From IMG/VR virus record IMGVR_UViG_3300020388_000010: DNA of 64,000 nt; one strand, written 5' to 3'. The notes under the pieces were generated by a model, which saw nothing but the letters and a program-made list of their open reading frames with translations, was not told where the DNA came from and did no database searches. The position numbers and the translations under genes are program-made. The DNA is from a virus (lineage: Duplodnaviria; Caudoviricetes). Below, one piece after another: positions 49,037 to 57,852 of the stretch (its first letter is position 1; every line of letters begins with the position of its first letter).

Positions 49037-49510
49037 ATGATATTTGGTTATGCAAAAATGGCAATCACTTTAGTGATGATTATAGGTATAGGTGGTGCAT
49101 TAACTTATGTATTCAAACTTCGTGCAGACAACGCTGTACTCAAAGCAAATAATTTAGTATTAGAAAAGAGTGTAGAATCTCAACAACAAGTTATTGCACA
49201 ACAAAAAGAAGATTTCAAAACAATATTAGAAACAAATCAAAGACTTACAACATTATCAAATAATCTTCAAAAAGAATTAAACGATTTAGACAAAAGATTT
49301 ACTAAAGGTAATAGAGATATAGGTAAAACTGCAATCGCAAAAGACAAAGTAATACAAAGAATAATTAACAAAGCAAGTGCAGCTGCACTTAGATGTGTAG
49401 AAATATCATCTGGTTCACCACTAACAGAGAAAGAATTAAATGCAACAAAGAAAAGTGAAATCAATAGGGAGTGTCCTTCTATCGCTAACCCTAATTATAT
49501 TCCTTACTAG
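49037..49510 (+). CDS. Inner-membrane spanin (Rz-like)
   Basis: N-terminal TM, long coiled coil, C-terminal Cys; overlaps a lipoprotein gene. Confidence 0.72.
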   Translation: MIFGYAKMAITLVMIIGIGGALTYVFKLRADNAVLKANNLVLEKSVESQQQVIAQQKEDFKTILETNQRLTTLSNNLQKELNDLDKRFTKGNRDIGKTAIAKDKVIQRIINKASAAALRCVEISSGSPLTEKELNATKKSEINRECPSIANPNYIPY

Positions 49511-49820
49511 TTGTTCTAGTATCAAGAAGATAGAAACATTTTTCACACCAGTTGAAAGAGAACCTCTTGGTTTAGAAGAGCCTGTTTTGGGTAAGTTAGA
49601 ATCAATAAAGTGGATTGTTATCACATCAGAAAATGCAGAAGAAGTATTTAAGAAACTAGAAGAAGAGGGTATTGACCCAGTTCTATTTGGTCTTACAGAT
49701 AATGACTATCAACTGATTGCAAAAAACTTTGCACAGATAAGACATAACCTTAAAACTAAATCAGAGATAATTAAGTCTTATAAAGACTATTACGAAAAAG
49801 AATCTAAGGAAAAGAAATGA
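49440..49820 (+). CDS. Outer-membrane spanin lipoprotein (Rz1-like)
   Basis: Lipobox LTSC; overlaps the 3' end of the i-spanin. Confidence 0.72.
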   Translation: MQQRKVKSIGSVLLSLTLIIFLTSCSSIKKIETFFTPVEREPLGLEEPVLGKLESIKWIVITSENAEEVFKKLEEEGIDPVLFGLTDNDYQLIAKNFAQIRHNLKTKSEIIKSYKDYYEKESKEKK

Positions 49821-50410
49821 TGGAAATGATATTATCACTTGCAGAACAATTTTGGCAATGGACAGTTGTTATAATATTAATACTTATTGGATTGTTAATT
49901 AATTTTCTAGATAGAAAACAAGTAAATAAGTGGAGAGTAAGTTTTAAATATGATGAGTACCCTCATATGAAACCTATTAGAATTGCAACTAAAGATAGAG
50001 GTTTTTGGGGTGCAATATTAATGTGGTTATTGGGTAGTAGAAGATGGGAAATAACAAAAGATTTTCATTATGAATTAAAAGGTATTAAATATGTTATACC
50101 AAAAGGTTTTTCTTTTGACGGTGCAAGTGTGCCAAAGTTTTTGGCAACTTTTTTATCACCAGTTGGGGTATTACTTTTAGGTGGTTTAATCCACGATTAT
50201 GCTTATAAATATGCAGCTCTGAAACCTGCCTTACAACAAAGTTCGTTGTTGGTGGTTGACCAAAAACAGGCAGATAAAATTTTCAGAGATATCAATATAG
50301 AAATAAATGGTTTCTATTTTCTAAACTATCTTGCCTACTGGGCACTAAGACTTGGTGGTTGGTTTGCTTGGAATAAACATAGAAAAAGAAATTTAAAAAT
50401 AGGAGAATAA
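49817..50410 (+). CDS. DUF1353 family membrane protein
   Basis: IPKGFSFDGASVP, IHDYAY, ADKIF, LRLGGW. Confidence 0.82.
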   Translation: MMEMILSLAEQFWQWTVVIILILIGLLINFLDRKQVNKWRVSFKYDEYPHMKPIRIATKDRGFWGAILMWLLGSRRWEITKDFHYELKGIKYVIPKGFSFDGASVPKFLATFLSPVGVLLLGGLIHDYAYKYAALKPALQQSSLLVVDQKQADKIFRDINIEINGFYFLNYLAYWALRLGGWFAWNKHRKRNLKIGE

Positions 50411-50411
50411 G

Positions 50412-50597
50412 ATGGTAGAGTGGATTCAAAACGCTAGAGAATGGATTAGTGATAGAGTTCAAGAGAGAACATCTTGGGACGGAGCAATGCTAGTCGGTGT
50501 AGGTCTTGTTGGTTTATTATTTCAAGGTTTAATAACTTGGGCTGCTTACATTGCTATTGCATACGGAGTTTGGACTATTGTTAAGTCTGAATGGTAG
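50412..50597 (+). CDS. Small two-TM membrane protein (holin candidate)
   Basis: ERTSWDG followed by two hydrophobic segments; near the spanins. Confidence 0.5.
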   Translation: MVEWIQNAREWISDRVQERTSWDGAMLVGVGLVGLLFQGLITWAAYIAIAYGVWTIVKSEW

Positions 50598-50668
50598 TCA
50601 TTTGTTTGACTGTTTGTTTAGTCAAATTATGTAAGTTGTCAAATTTTTGAACACTTATAAATATAAGT

Positions 50669-51079
50669 ATGACTATCAAAACAGAACTAGAACTTCTTAA
50701 AAAGGATGTGAGTGATATGAAACATATTCACTCACGCCTTGATACTGCGATTAGTAAACTTACAGATGTATCAAACTGTATTAACAAAATACTTGCAGTA
50801 CACGAAGAAAAACTTGGAAGACAAGAAGAAGAAATAGTTAAACACGAAAAAGAAATAAAAAGAGAAATACAAGAATTACATTCAAGGGTTACATCAAATT
50901 ATAAAGAAATAGTAGCAGTTATAAGTAAACACAATTCAGATGATATTGAAAGATTTCATCAACTTCAAAAAGAATTATCTAATAGGGTAGGTATATTAGA
51001 AAAGTGGAGATGGATTATTATCGGTGGTTCAATAGTCGCTGGATTTATTCTTCACAAAGTAATAATGTTTGCAATATAG
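50669..51079 (+). CDS. Coiled-coil protein with C-terminal TM
   Basis: Late promoter TATAAATA at 50656; LEKWRWIIIGG anchor. Confidence 0.65.
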   Translation: MTIKTELELLKKDVSDMKHIHSRLDTAISKLTDVSNCINKILAVHEEKLGRQEEEIVKHEKEIKREIQELHSRVTSNYKEIVAVISKHNSDDIERFHQLQKELSNRVGILEKWRWIIIGGSIVAGFILHKVIMFAI

Positions 51080-51081
51080 TA

Positions 51082-51110
51082 TTGACAATCTTTTAATTAT
51101 GGTATATAAT
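51082..51110 (+). promoter_or_regulatory. Sigma70-type promoter of primase
   Basis: Identical to 4188-4216. Confidence 0.85.
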
Positions 51111-51118
51111 GTTTATCT

Positions 51119-52126
51119 ATGAACACTTTTGTTGATACAAAATATATTGGTCTTTTATCTTCAAAGTTATCACAGTTTAAAAAGAAATCTGGAAATCTAT
51201 ACAATTTCAGATGCCCCTACTGTGGTGATTCAGAAAAGTCAAAAACTAAAGCCAGAGGATATCTAATACTCAATAAGACATTTTATGTTTATAAATGTCA
51301 TAATTGTGAGAAATCTACTGACTTTGGTAGTCTATTAAGATATGTAAATGGTGATTTGCATAAGGAATATACATTTGAAATCTATAAAAATAAGAATGTA
51401 TATATACAATCAGACGATAAAAAAAAAGATTTGAATTTATCTAAATCAGTATTTTTAAAAGGGGATTCTCCACTCAAAAAACTCAAGAAAATTTCACAAC
51501 TTAGTCCAGACCACCCAGTAACTAAATGGGTCAGAAATAGACATATTCAAAGTCGTTTTCATTACAAGTTGTTTTTCTGCAACAAATTCTATGAGTGGGT
51601 CAACACATTTGCACCGAACAAGTTTCCATCTTTAAAGGGTGATCACCCTAGATTCGTGATACCTTTTTTAGATAAGAGTAATAAAATGTTCGCACTACAA
51701 GGTCGTGCATTTGGTAAAGAAGAACCGAAGTATCTGACTATAAGATTATCAGATGATAAAAAATTATATGGTTTAGATAGTGTTGATTGGAATAAAAGGG
51801 TTTATGTGGTAGAAGGGCCTATTGATAGTTTATTTTTAGATAATTGTATTGCAACTGCACACTCTGATTTAAGAATTGATAAAAAGAATAGTGTAACTTT
51901 GATACCAGATAATGAACCAAGAAATAGGGAAATAGTAAAAAGAATTAGAAGTTTCATAGAAGATGATTATTCTGTTTGTTTGTTTCCAGAACAAATAAAA
52001 CAGAAAGACATCAACGAAATGGTTGTGTCTGGAGTAAAAGACATAAAAAAATTAATAGACAATAACACATATAAAGGACTAGAAGCAAAAGTCCGATTTA
52101 ACGAATGGAGAAAAATAGATGCTTAA
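51119..52126 (+). CDS. gp61: DNA primase
   Basis: NFRCPYCGDS...CHNC zinc finger; VVEGPIDSLF TOPRIM motif; DNEPRN, KDINEM. Confidence 0.96.
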   Translation: MNTFVDTKYIGLLSSKLSQFKKKSGNLYNFRCPYCGDSEKSKTKARGYLILNKTFYVYKCHNCEKSTDFGSLLRYVNGDLHKEYTFEIYKNKNVYIQSDDKKKDLNLSKSVFLKGDSPLKKLKKISQLSPDHPVTKWVRNRHIQSRFHYKLFFCNKFYEWVNTFAPNKFPSLKGDHPRFVIPFLDKSNKMFALQGRAFGKEEPKYLTIRLSDDKKLYGLDSVDWNKRVYVVEGPIDSLFLDNCIATAHSDLRIDKKNSVTLIPDNEPRNREIVKRIRSFIEDDYSVCLFPEQIKQKDINEMVVSGVKDIKKLIDNNTYKGLEAKVRFNEWRKIDA

Positions 52127-54035
52127 TGGTAAACTTCCAACTAATTATCAAGAATTTATACACCTATCAAGATACTCAAGGTGGATACCGAAAGAAGGTA
52201 GAAGAGAAACTTGGAGAGAAACAGTAACTAGATACTTTGATTTTTTTCAAGAACATTTGAAACAAAGTTGTAAATATAATCTAGATAAGTCATTGAGAGA
52301 AGAGTTGGAAGATGCAGTAATACATCTTGATATTATGCCTTCTATGAGATGTTTAATGACAGCTGGTGAAGCACTAAGAAGAGAAAATATTGCTGGTTAT
52401 AATTGTAGTTATGTTGCAGTTGATAGACCACAAGCATTTGACGAAATACTATATGTATTGATGAATGGAACTGGGGTAGGATTCTCAGTTGAAAGACAAT
52501 TTGTTGGTAATCTACCAACAGTTGCAGAAGAGTTTCACCCTAGTGATACAACTATTGTTGTTCAAGACAGTAAAATGGGTTGGGCAAAAGCATTTAAAGA
52601 ACTTGTTGCAATGTTATATCACGGACAAATACCTAAATGGGATTTAACTAAAGTAAGACCAGCTGGTGCTCCACTAAAAACTTTTGGTGGTCGTGCATCT
52701 GGGCCTGAACCATTACATAGATTATTTGAATTCACAACAGAAATATTTCAAAATGCACACGGAAGAAAATTAAGTTCTATTGAATGTCACGATATTGTTT
52801 GTAAAACAGCAGAGATTGTTGTTGTTGGTGGTGTTAGAAGAAGTGCATTAATTAGTTTATCTAATCTTTCTGACGATAGAATGAGAGTTGCAAAGTCTGG
52901 TCAATGGTGGATTGATAATGGTCAAAGAGCACTTGCAAATAACTCTGCTTGTTATACTGAGAAACCAGACATAGGTATTTTTATGGACGAATGGAAAGCA
53001 CTTTATGATTCTAAGTCTGGTGAACGAGGAATATTCAACAGAGAATCTGCAAAGAGAATTGCAGAGAAGAATGAAAGAAGAGATGTTGGATATGATTTTG
53101 GAACAAATCCTTGTTCAGAAATAATTTTACGAAGTAGAGAATTTTGTAACTTATCTGAAGTTGTTGTCAGACCAAAGGATACAGAAGATACATTACTAAG
53201 AAAAGTAAAACTTGCAACAATACTTGGAACATTTCAATCTACACTTACTAATTTTAAATATGTAAGTAAAGATTGGAAAAAGAATTGTGTTGAAGAAAGA
53301 TTATTAGGTGTATCTCTTACTGGTATTATGGATAATAAATGGACTGCTGGTAAATTAAATGGTTTAGATGTGTTATTAAAAAACCTTAAACAAATGTCAG
53401 TAGATACTAACAAAGATTGGTCTAAGAAATTAAAGATTAATCACTCAGCTGCGATTACTTGTGTGAAACCGTCTGGAACTGTTTCACAATTAGTAGATAG
53501 TGCAAGTGGTATTCACGCTAGACACAATCCTTATTATATTAGAACTGTAAGAGGTGATAAGAAAGACCCACTTACAAAGATGATGGTAGAAGAAGGTTTT
53601 CCTAATGAAGATGATGTTATGAAACCAAATGATACTACTGTGTTTTCTTTTCCAATAAAATGTAGTCCAGATGCAGTATTTAGACAAGATTTAACTGCGA
53701 TTGAACAACTAGAACTTTGGAAAACATATCAAGTACATTGGTGTGAACACAAACCTTCAGTTACTATTTCTGTAAAAGAAGAAGAATGGATTGATGTTGG
53801 GGCTTGGGTATATAAGAACTTTGACTTAATGAGTGGAGTGAGTTTCTTACCATATAGTGAACATACATATAAACAAGCACCGTATCAAGATTGTGATGAA
53901 AAAGAGTATAATGATTTATTGAATAAAATGCCTATTACTGTTGATTGGAATAAGTTATCAGAGTATGAGAAATCCGATATGACAGTAGGTTCACAAGAAC
54001 TTGCGTGTTCGTCTGGTTCTTGTGAGATTCAGTAA
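52119..54035 (+). CDS. nrdJ: Ribonucleotide reductase, class II (adenosylcobalamin-dependent)
   Basis: SRYSRW...RRETW, YNCSY, VVVGGVRRSA, GTNPCSEI, TCVKPSGT, C-terminal ACSSGSCE; no adjacent beta subunit. Confidence 0.85.
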   Translation: MLNGKLPTNYQEFIHLSRYSRWIPKEGRRETWRETVTRYFDFFQEHLKQSCKYNLDKSLREELEDAVIHLDIMPSMRCLMTAGEALRRENIAGYNCSYVAVDRPQAFDEILYVLMNGTGVGFSVERQFVGNLPTVAEEFHPSDTTIVVQDSKMGWAKAFKELVAMLYHGQIPKWDLTKVRPAGAPLKTFGGRASGPEPLHRLFEFTTEIFQNAHGRKLSSIECHDIVCKTAEIVVVGGVRRSALISLSNLSDDRMRVAKSGQWWIDNGQRALANNSACYTEKPDIGIFMDEWKALYDSKSGERGIFNRESAKRIAEKNERRDVGYDFGTNPCSEIILRSREFCNLSEVVVRPKDTEDTLLRKVKLATILGTFQSTLTNFKYVSKDWKKNCVEERLLGVSLTGIMDNKWTAGKLNGLDVLLKNLKQMSVDTNKDWSKKLKINHSAAITCVKPSGTVSQLVDSASGIHARHNPYYIRTVRGDKKDPLTKMMVEEGFPNEDDVMKPNDTTVFSFPIKCSPDAVFRQDLTAIEQLELWKTYQVHWCEHKPSVTISVKEEEWIDVGAWVYKNFDLMSGVSFLPYSEHTYKQAPYQDCDEKEYNDLLNKMPITVDWNKLSEYEKSDMTVGSQELACSSGSCEIQ

Positions 54036-54181
54036 TGCCTGGAAAAACAATTTATTGCGATTCTTGTGAAGCAGAATTTAAAATAAATCACAATATGGAC
54101 GATGAATACTATAAAGTTAATCATTGTCCTTTTTGTGGTGAAGAACTTGATGAAGATAATGTAGATGAAGACACAGAGTAA
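54035..54181 (+). CDS. 48-aa zinc-ribbon protein
   Basis: MPGKTIYCDSC...HCPFCGEEL; TAATG-coupled to nrdJ; missing from the ORF track. Confidence 0.75.
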   Translation: MPGKTIYCDSCEAEFKINHNMDDEYYKVNHCPFCGEELDEDNVDEDTE

Positions 54182-54500
54182 AAAATCAAAAGGTAGAAGA
54201 TTACAGAAATGGGTTAGGGAACAACTCATAGAAAAATTAGATATACACGAAGAGGATATTGAAAGTCGTTCAATGGGTGCTGGTGGTGAAGATTTAATTA
54301 TGGCAAGAGCTGCAAGAGAAAAGTTTCCATATTCCATTGAATGTAAAAATCAAGAAAAATTAAATATATGGGAATCATATAAACAGGCATCTGATAATGC
54401 TGGTAAATATGAACCGATTGTTGTTATAAAAAGAAACAATCAAAAACCATTAGTTTTAATTGATGCAGAATATTTTATGAGGTTACATAATGGACATTGA
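54165..54500 (+). CDS. PD-(D/E)xK nuclease / Holliday junction resolvase-like protein
   Basis: KSKGRRLQ, GAGGEDL and SIECKNQE motifs. Confidence 0.75.
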   Translation: MKTQSKKSKGRRLQKWVREQLIEKLDIHEEDIESRSMGAGGEDLIMARAAREKFPYSIECKNQEKLNIWESYKQASDNAGKYEPIVVIKRNNQKPLVLIDAEYFMRLHNGH

Positions 54501-55041
54501 ACAACATTATATTGACTTGTATAGGTCAATGCACGAAGATAAAAACACCTATCAAGGTGTTAGTTTATTCAAAGAAACCCCAAACATTGCGAATATTGTT
54601 TTGATAACAAATTCTCAAACAGTATTAGATTATGGTTGTGGAAAGGGTAGTCAATACACAGATTCACACCTTAACATCTTATTTCATATAAATGATGAAA
54701 ACATCTATATGTACGACCCAGGCTTTCCAGAACACGAAAACATACCAGAGGATAAGTTTGACGGTGTTATATCAACAGATGTTTTAGAACATATACCAGA
54801 AGAGATAGTACCTAAAATACTTGATGAGATATACAGTAAGGCAAACAAATTTGTATATCTTGCGATTTGTACTAGACTTGCACAAGCAATACTACCAAAC
54901 GGTGAAAATGCACATTGTACTGTAAAAGAACCAGATTGGTGGGAAAAACACATTATAAAATCCAATAAAAACAAGATTCATACCGAAGTTCATTGGTATG
55001 GAAACCACAATGATTACAGAAAATATAACATATCTTCATAA
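54490..55041 (+). CDS. Class I SAM-dependent methyltransferase
   Basis: VLDYGCGKG, YDP, STDVLEHIPE. Confidence 0.85.
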   Translation: MDIEQHYIDLYRSMHEDKNTYQGVSLFKETPNIANIVLITNSQTVLDYGCGKGSQYTDSHLNILFHINDENIYMYDPGFPEHENIPEDKFDGVISTDVLEHIPEEIVPKILDEIYSKANKFVYLAICTRLAQAILPNGENAHCTVKEPDWWEKHIIKSNKNKIHTEVHWYGNHNDYRKYNISS

Positions 55042-55089
55042 GTCATTGATTTAATTCATATCTTTTTTTCATTTTTTTAACTTTTTTAC

Positions 55090-55118
55090 TTGACATTGTT
55101 CTCAAAACAAGGTACAAT
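55090..55118 (+). promoter_or_regulatory. Early promoter with TTGTT-N5-AACAA spacer
   Basis: TTGACA-TTGTTCTCAAAACAAGG-TACAAT. Confidence 0.85.
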
Positions 55119-55152
55119 AGATACATAAAGTCAAGAAAGAAAGGACAAAAAA

Positions 55153-55464
55153 ATGGGTAAAAGAGTTAAATCTTCAAATAAAAAAACAATAAGTTTAAGA
55201 CAGTATGCTGGTTTTGGTGGTGCAAGACTAAGTGTATTGACTGTAAGAAATCCAAAGACTAATTGGATGCAATCTGATGATTCTATGAATGTTGTTAATC
55301 TTAGTAAAGAAGAAGCAAAAAAGTTAGCAAATGATTTGTTAGCGTGGGTTGATGATTCAATAGAAGATGACCACGAGTGGCCTTCATTAGAAGTTCAAGA
55401 AGAAGTTTGGAATAGAGAACAAAGAATAAAACAAAGAAAAGTAAGAAACGAACTTTGGTCATAA
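55153..55464 (+). CDS. Early hypothetical protein
   Basis: Behind an early promoter, AAGGA RBS. Confidence 0.65.
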   Translation: MGKRVKSSNKKTISLRQYAGFGGARLSVLTVRNPKTNWMQSDDSMNVVNLSKEEAKKLANDLLAWVDDSIEDDHEWPSLEVQEEVWNREQRIKQRKVRNELWS

Positions 55465-55487
55465 TAATTTAGAAGAAAGGATATAAT

Positions 55488-55694
55488 ATGACAATCGCAA
55501 ATATAACTGATAAACATATGGATAATCTTGTAGAAAGATTCTATGATAATGTTGACGAAAATGATATAAAAGAATGTCAAGTATTTGAAGAGTTCTTAGG
55601 TATTGCAAAAGACAAATGTGAAAACATATGGAGTGAAGCTGATTTAAGTTGGATTGCAAATTATGTGTGGAACGATTATTGGAGTAAATATTAA
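55488..55694 (+). CDS. Early hypothetical protein (acidic)
   Basis: AAGGA RBS. Confidence 0.6.
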   Translation: MTIANITDKHMDNLVERFYDNVDENDIKECQVFEEFLGIAKDKCENIWSEADLSWIANYVWNDYWSKY

Positions 55695-55713
55695 TATTTT
55701 TTTTAAAAAAGAC

Positions 55714-55742
55714 TTGACATTGTTCTTAAAACAAAGTATAAT
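55714..55742 (+). promoter_or_regulatory. Early promoter with TTGTT-N5-AACAA spacer
   Basis: TTGACA-TTGTTCTTAAAACAAAG-TATAAT. Confidence 0.85.
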
Positions 55743-55775
55743 AATAATATAATCAAGAAAGAAAGAGAAAGAAAT

Positions 55776-56024
55776 ATGAAAAAAAAAGATATATTTAATA
55801 GTCTAAAATTTGCAAAACGAATGAATGAATTTGTAGAGTATGTTTATGATTTTTATGGTAAAAATGGTATCTATGATATGGGTGCAACTAGAGATAATAT
55901 CACTACTGCAACTATTGACTATCTTGCAAGTGATGATTCTTTGCCATTTTATGGTGATAGTCTTGACAGAGAAAGAGTAAGAGATATTCTTACAAGTAAG
56001 TTTAATTTAAAAGAGGTAATATAA
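55776..56024 (+). CDS. Early hypothetical protein
   Basis: FYGKNGIY and GDSLDRERVRD motifs. Confidence 0.65.
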   Translation: MKKKDIFNSLKFAKRMNEFVEYVYDFYGKNGIYDMGATRDNITTATIDYLASDDSLPFYGDSLDRERVRDILTSKFNLKEVI

Positions 56025-56308
56025 TGGAAAAATGTTATAAAGTTTTAGATGAAAAAGGTCGGACTATGACACCTTGTGGTAATTGGTGGTATGACGAATG
56101 GAGCCCTAAATTTAATGCTCTATTTGATATAGATTTAAATCCAGATACATTTTATACTGATACTGTAAATAATGCATTTTGTGCTATAGAAGGTCAAAAT
56201 AAAGGTTATTACGATATTGTAGAGTGTGAAGCTGATGGTAGAGGAGATGTTAAACCTACTGATAAAGAAACAAGATGTTATTACAATGGAGGCAAAATTG
56301 CAGTATAG
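56024..56308 (+). CDS. Early hypothetical protein
   Basis: GAGG RBS, TAATG coupling. Confidence 0.6.
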   Translation: MEKCYKVLDEKGRTMTPCGNWWYDEWSPKFNALFDIDLNPDTFYTDTVNNAFCAIEGQNKGYYDIVECEADGRGDVKPTDKETRCYYNGGKIAV

Positions 56309-56537
56309 AGTAGAAGTAAATTTAAACGGCCCAGACGGAAATGCATTTGCATTGATGAGTAAGGCAAAATATTTAGGAGTTAAATTAAATTTATCAAAAG
56401 ATGAGATTGACACAATAGTCAAAGAAATGATGTCTGGAGATTATGATAATTTAGTAGAAGTTTTCAAAACAAACTTTGGTCAATTAGTTAGATTAGTTAA
56501 AATAGAAAATGGTGAGTTAGTAGAAACTTTAAATTAG
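56286..56537 (+). CDS. Conserved phage hypothetical protein
   Basis: LNGPDGNAFALM...EMMSGDYDNL. Confidence 0.7.
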   Translation: MEAKLQYRVEVNLNGPDGNAFALMSKAKYLGVKLNLSKDEIDTIVKEMMSGDYDNLVEVFKTNFGQLVRLVKIENGELVETLN

Positions 56538-56573
56538 GGTTGACAATATTAATTTTTATGGTAAGATGTAATT

Positions 56574-56795
56574 ATGGATAATTTAGAAAAAGTTGGAATT
56601 AATTTAAGTTTGAAAGATTTAAAACCAATCAAAACTAATAAACAACTTGCACTTGAAAACCTTGAAGATATTGTTAAAATGATGTGGTCTAAAGTTAATG
56701 ATTCTGAAACACACGGAATTAATGATTTTGGAAAAGATTATATTAGACATTATGCAGAAATGGTAGAGAGTGAAATTAGACGATATAAAACTTAA
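56574..56795 (+). CDS. Hypothetical protein
   Basis: Preceded by a TTGACA...TGGTAAGAT promoter at 56540. Confidence 0.55.
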   Translation: MDNLEKVGINLSLKDLKPIKTNKQLALENLEDIVKMMWSKVNDSETHGINDFGKDYIRHYAEMVESEIRRYKT

Positions 56796-56803
56796 CAATA
56801 TAG

Positions 56804-57007
56804 GTGAATATGATTTATTTTTATAATACACACGAAGATATCCCTAATCACATTGTAGACTATGTTATGAAGTGTGCAGATGTTTCGGATATTACAAAAC
56901 TATCAATAACAGATATCAATGCTTTTTTAACAGGCGTTGACCAATATGAAGCAGAAGTTACTAATCAATTAATGGAGGATATGTATGAGATTCAAACAAG
57001 TACATAA
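56804..57007 (+). CDS. Hypothetical protein
   Basis: Acidic ORF overlapping the bS21 start. Confidence 0.5.
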   Translation: MNMIYFYNTHEDIPNHIVDYVMKCADVSDITKLSITDINAFLTGVDQYEAEVTNQLMEDMYEIQTST

Positions 57008-57251
57008 GTTTAATAAAAAGAAAAGATTTCCAGAGAAAAGATTGCCTGGTACTGCTGTTGCAGTAGAAAACGGTAATATTGATAAGGCAATCAGAAAACT
57101 TAAAAAGAAGTTACAAAAAGAAGATATGTTCAATGAACTTCGCAAAAGAGAGTTCTTTGAAACTAGAAGTGAAAGAAAAAGAAAAGAGAAGGCTGCGAGT
57201 ACAAGAAGATGTATAAGAAAAATAGAAAAAGAAAAGATGTCAGAGGTTTAA
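56985..57251 (+). CDS. rpsU: Ribosomal protein bS21
   Basis: VAVENGNIDKAIRKLKKK...ELRKREFFETRSERKRK. Confidence 0.85.
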   Translation: MRFKQVHKFNKKKRFPEKRLPGTAVAVENGNIDKAIRKLKKKLQKEDMFNELRKREFFETRSERKRKEKAASTRRCIRKIEKEKMSEV

Positions 57252-57445
57252 AATGGTTTGGTTCTATCCTATTGTTGATAGGCTTATGTTTTACATCTTT
57301 TAATATCTATCCACTAAACCTATACTTTATGACCATTGGTAGTGTTGTATGGGTTAGTGTTGGATATTACTGGAAAGACGGTTCTATCATACTATTAAAC
57401 TCTGTTGGGTTTATTATATCAGTTGTTGGTTTAATGAACTTTTGA
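57209..57445 (+). CDS. Small three-TM membrane protein
   Basis: LKWFGSILLLIG...NIYPLN...W...WKD..IILLN; start uncertain. Confidence 0.6.
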   Translation: MYKKNRKRKDVRGLKWFGSILLLIGLCFTSFNIYPLNLYFMTIGSVVWVSVGYYWKDGSIILLNSVGFIISVVGLMNF

Positions 57446-57459
57446 ACATAAATATTATT

Positions 57460-57852
57460 ATGGAAAAGAAAAACGATAACATAATTACATTTCCTAAAAG
57501 ATTTAAGGGTAAAAGAAAAGTGGTTAAGCCAGACAAAAATTTGTTAAGACTTAATGAAGATATGTCTTTTGCAGATACACTTACTGAAGCCTTGATAGTA
57601 CAATTAGTACACGCTTTAGATGATAATGGATTGAAAGTTAATAACCCAACATTTATAAAAGATTTATCTTTTGTTATTGAATCAATCAAGAGCTCTATTT
57701 ACAGAGATTTAGATATTAAACACGAAATGCAACCTTTAGTTGATAAGTTTATGGTTCAAGAAAAAGATAAAAAGGGTAATACTAACACAATATTTAAAAT
57801 GGAATTGATACCTAAGTTTTTAAAAGCTTTGGACAAAAAAAAGAATAAATGA
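57460..57852 (+). CDS. Hypothetical protein
   Basis: NIITFP N-terminal motif; precedes rnh. Confidence 0.6.
   Translation: MEKKNDNIITFPKRFKGKRKVVKPDKNLLRLNEDMSFADTLTEALIVQLVHALDDNGLKVNNPTFIKDLSFVIESIKSSIYRDLDIKHEMQPLVDKFMVQEKDKKGNTNTIFKMELIPKFLKALDKKKNK

Noticed and set aside
50598-50655. Inverted repeat TTTGACT-N8-AGTCAAA and a reverse TTGACA
   Set aside because: Weak AT-rich stem without a U tract and no matching -10; cannot be supported as a terminator or promoter.
54490-55041. SAM methyltransferase as a second DNA methyltransferase
   Set aside because: It lacks DPPY/NPPY or PC motifs and looks like a small-molecule or glycan methyltransferase; no evidence links it to the DNA-modification locus.
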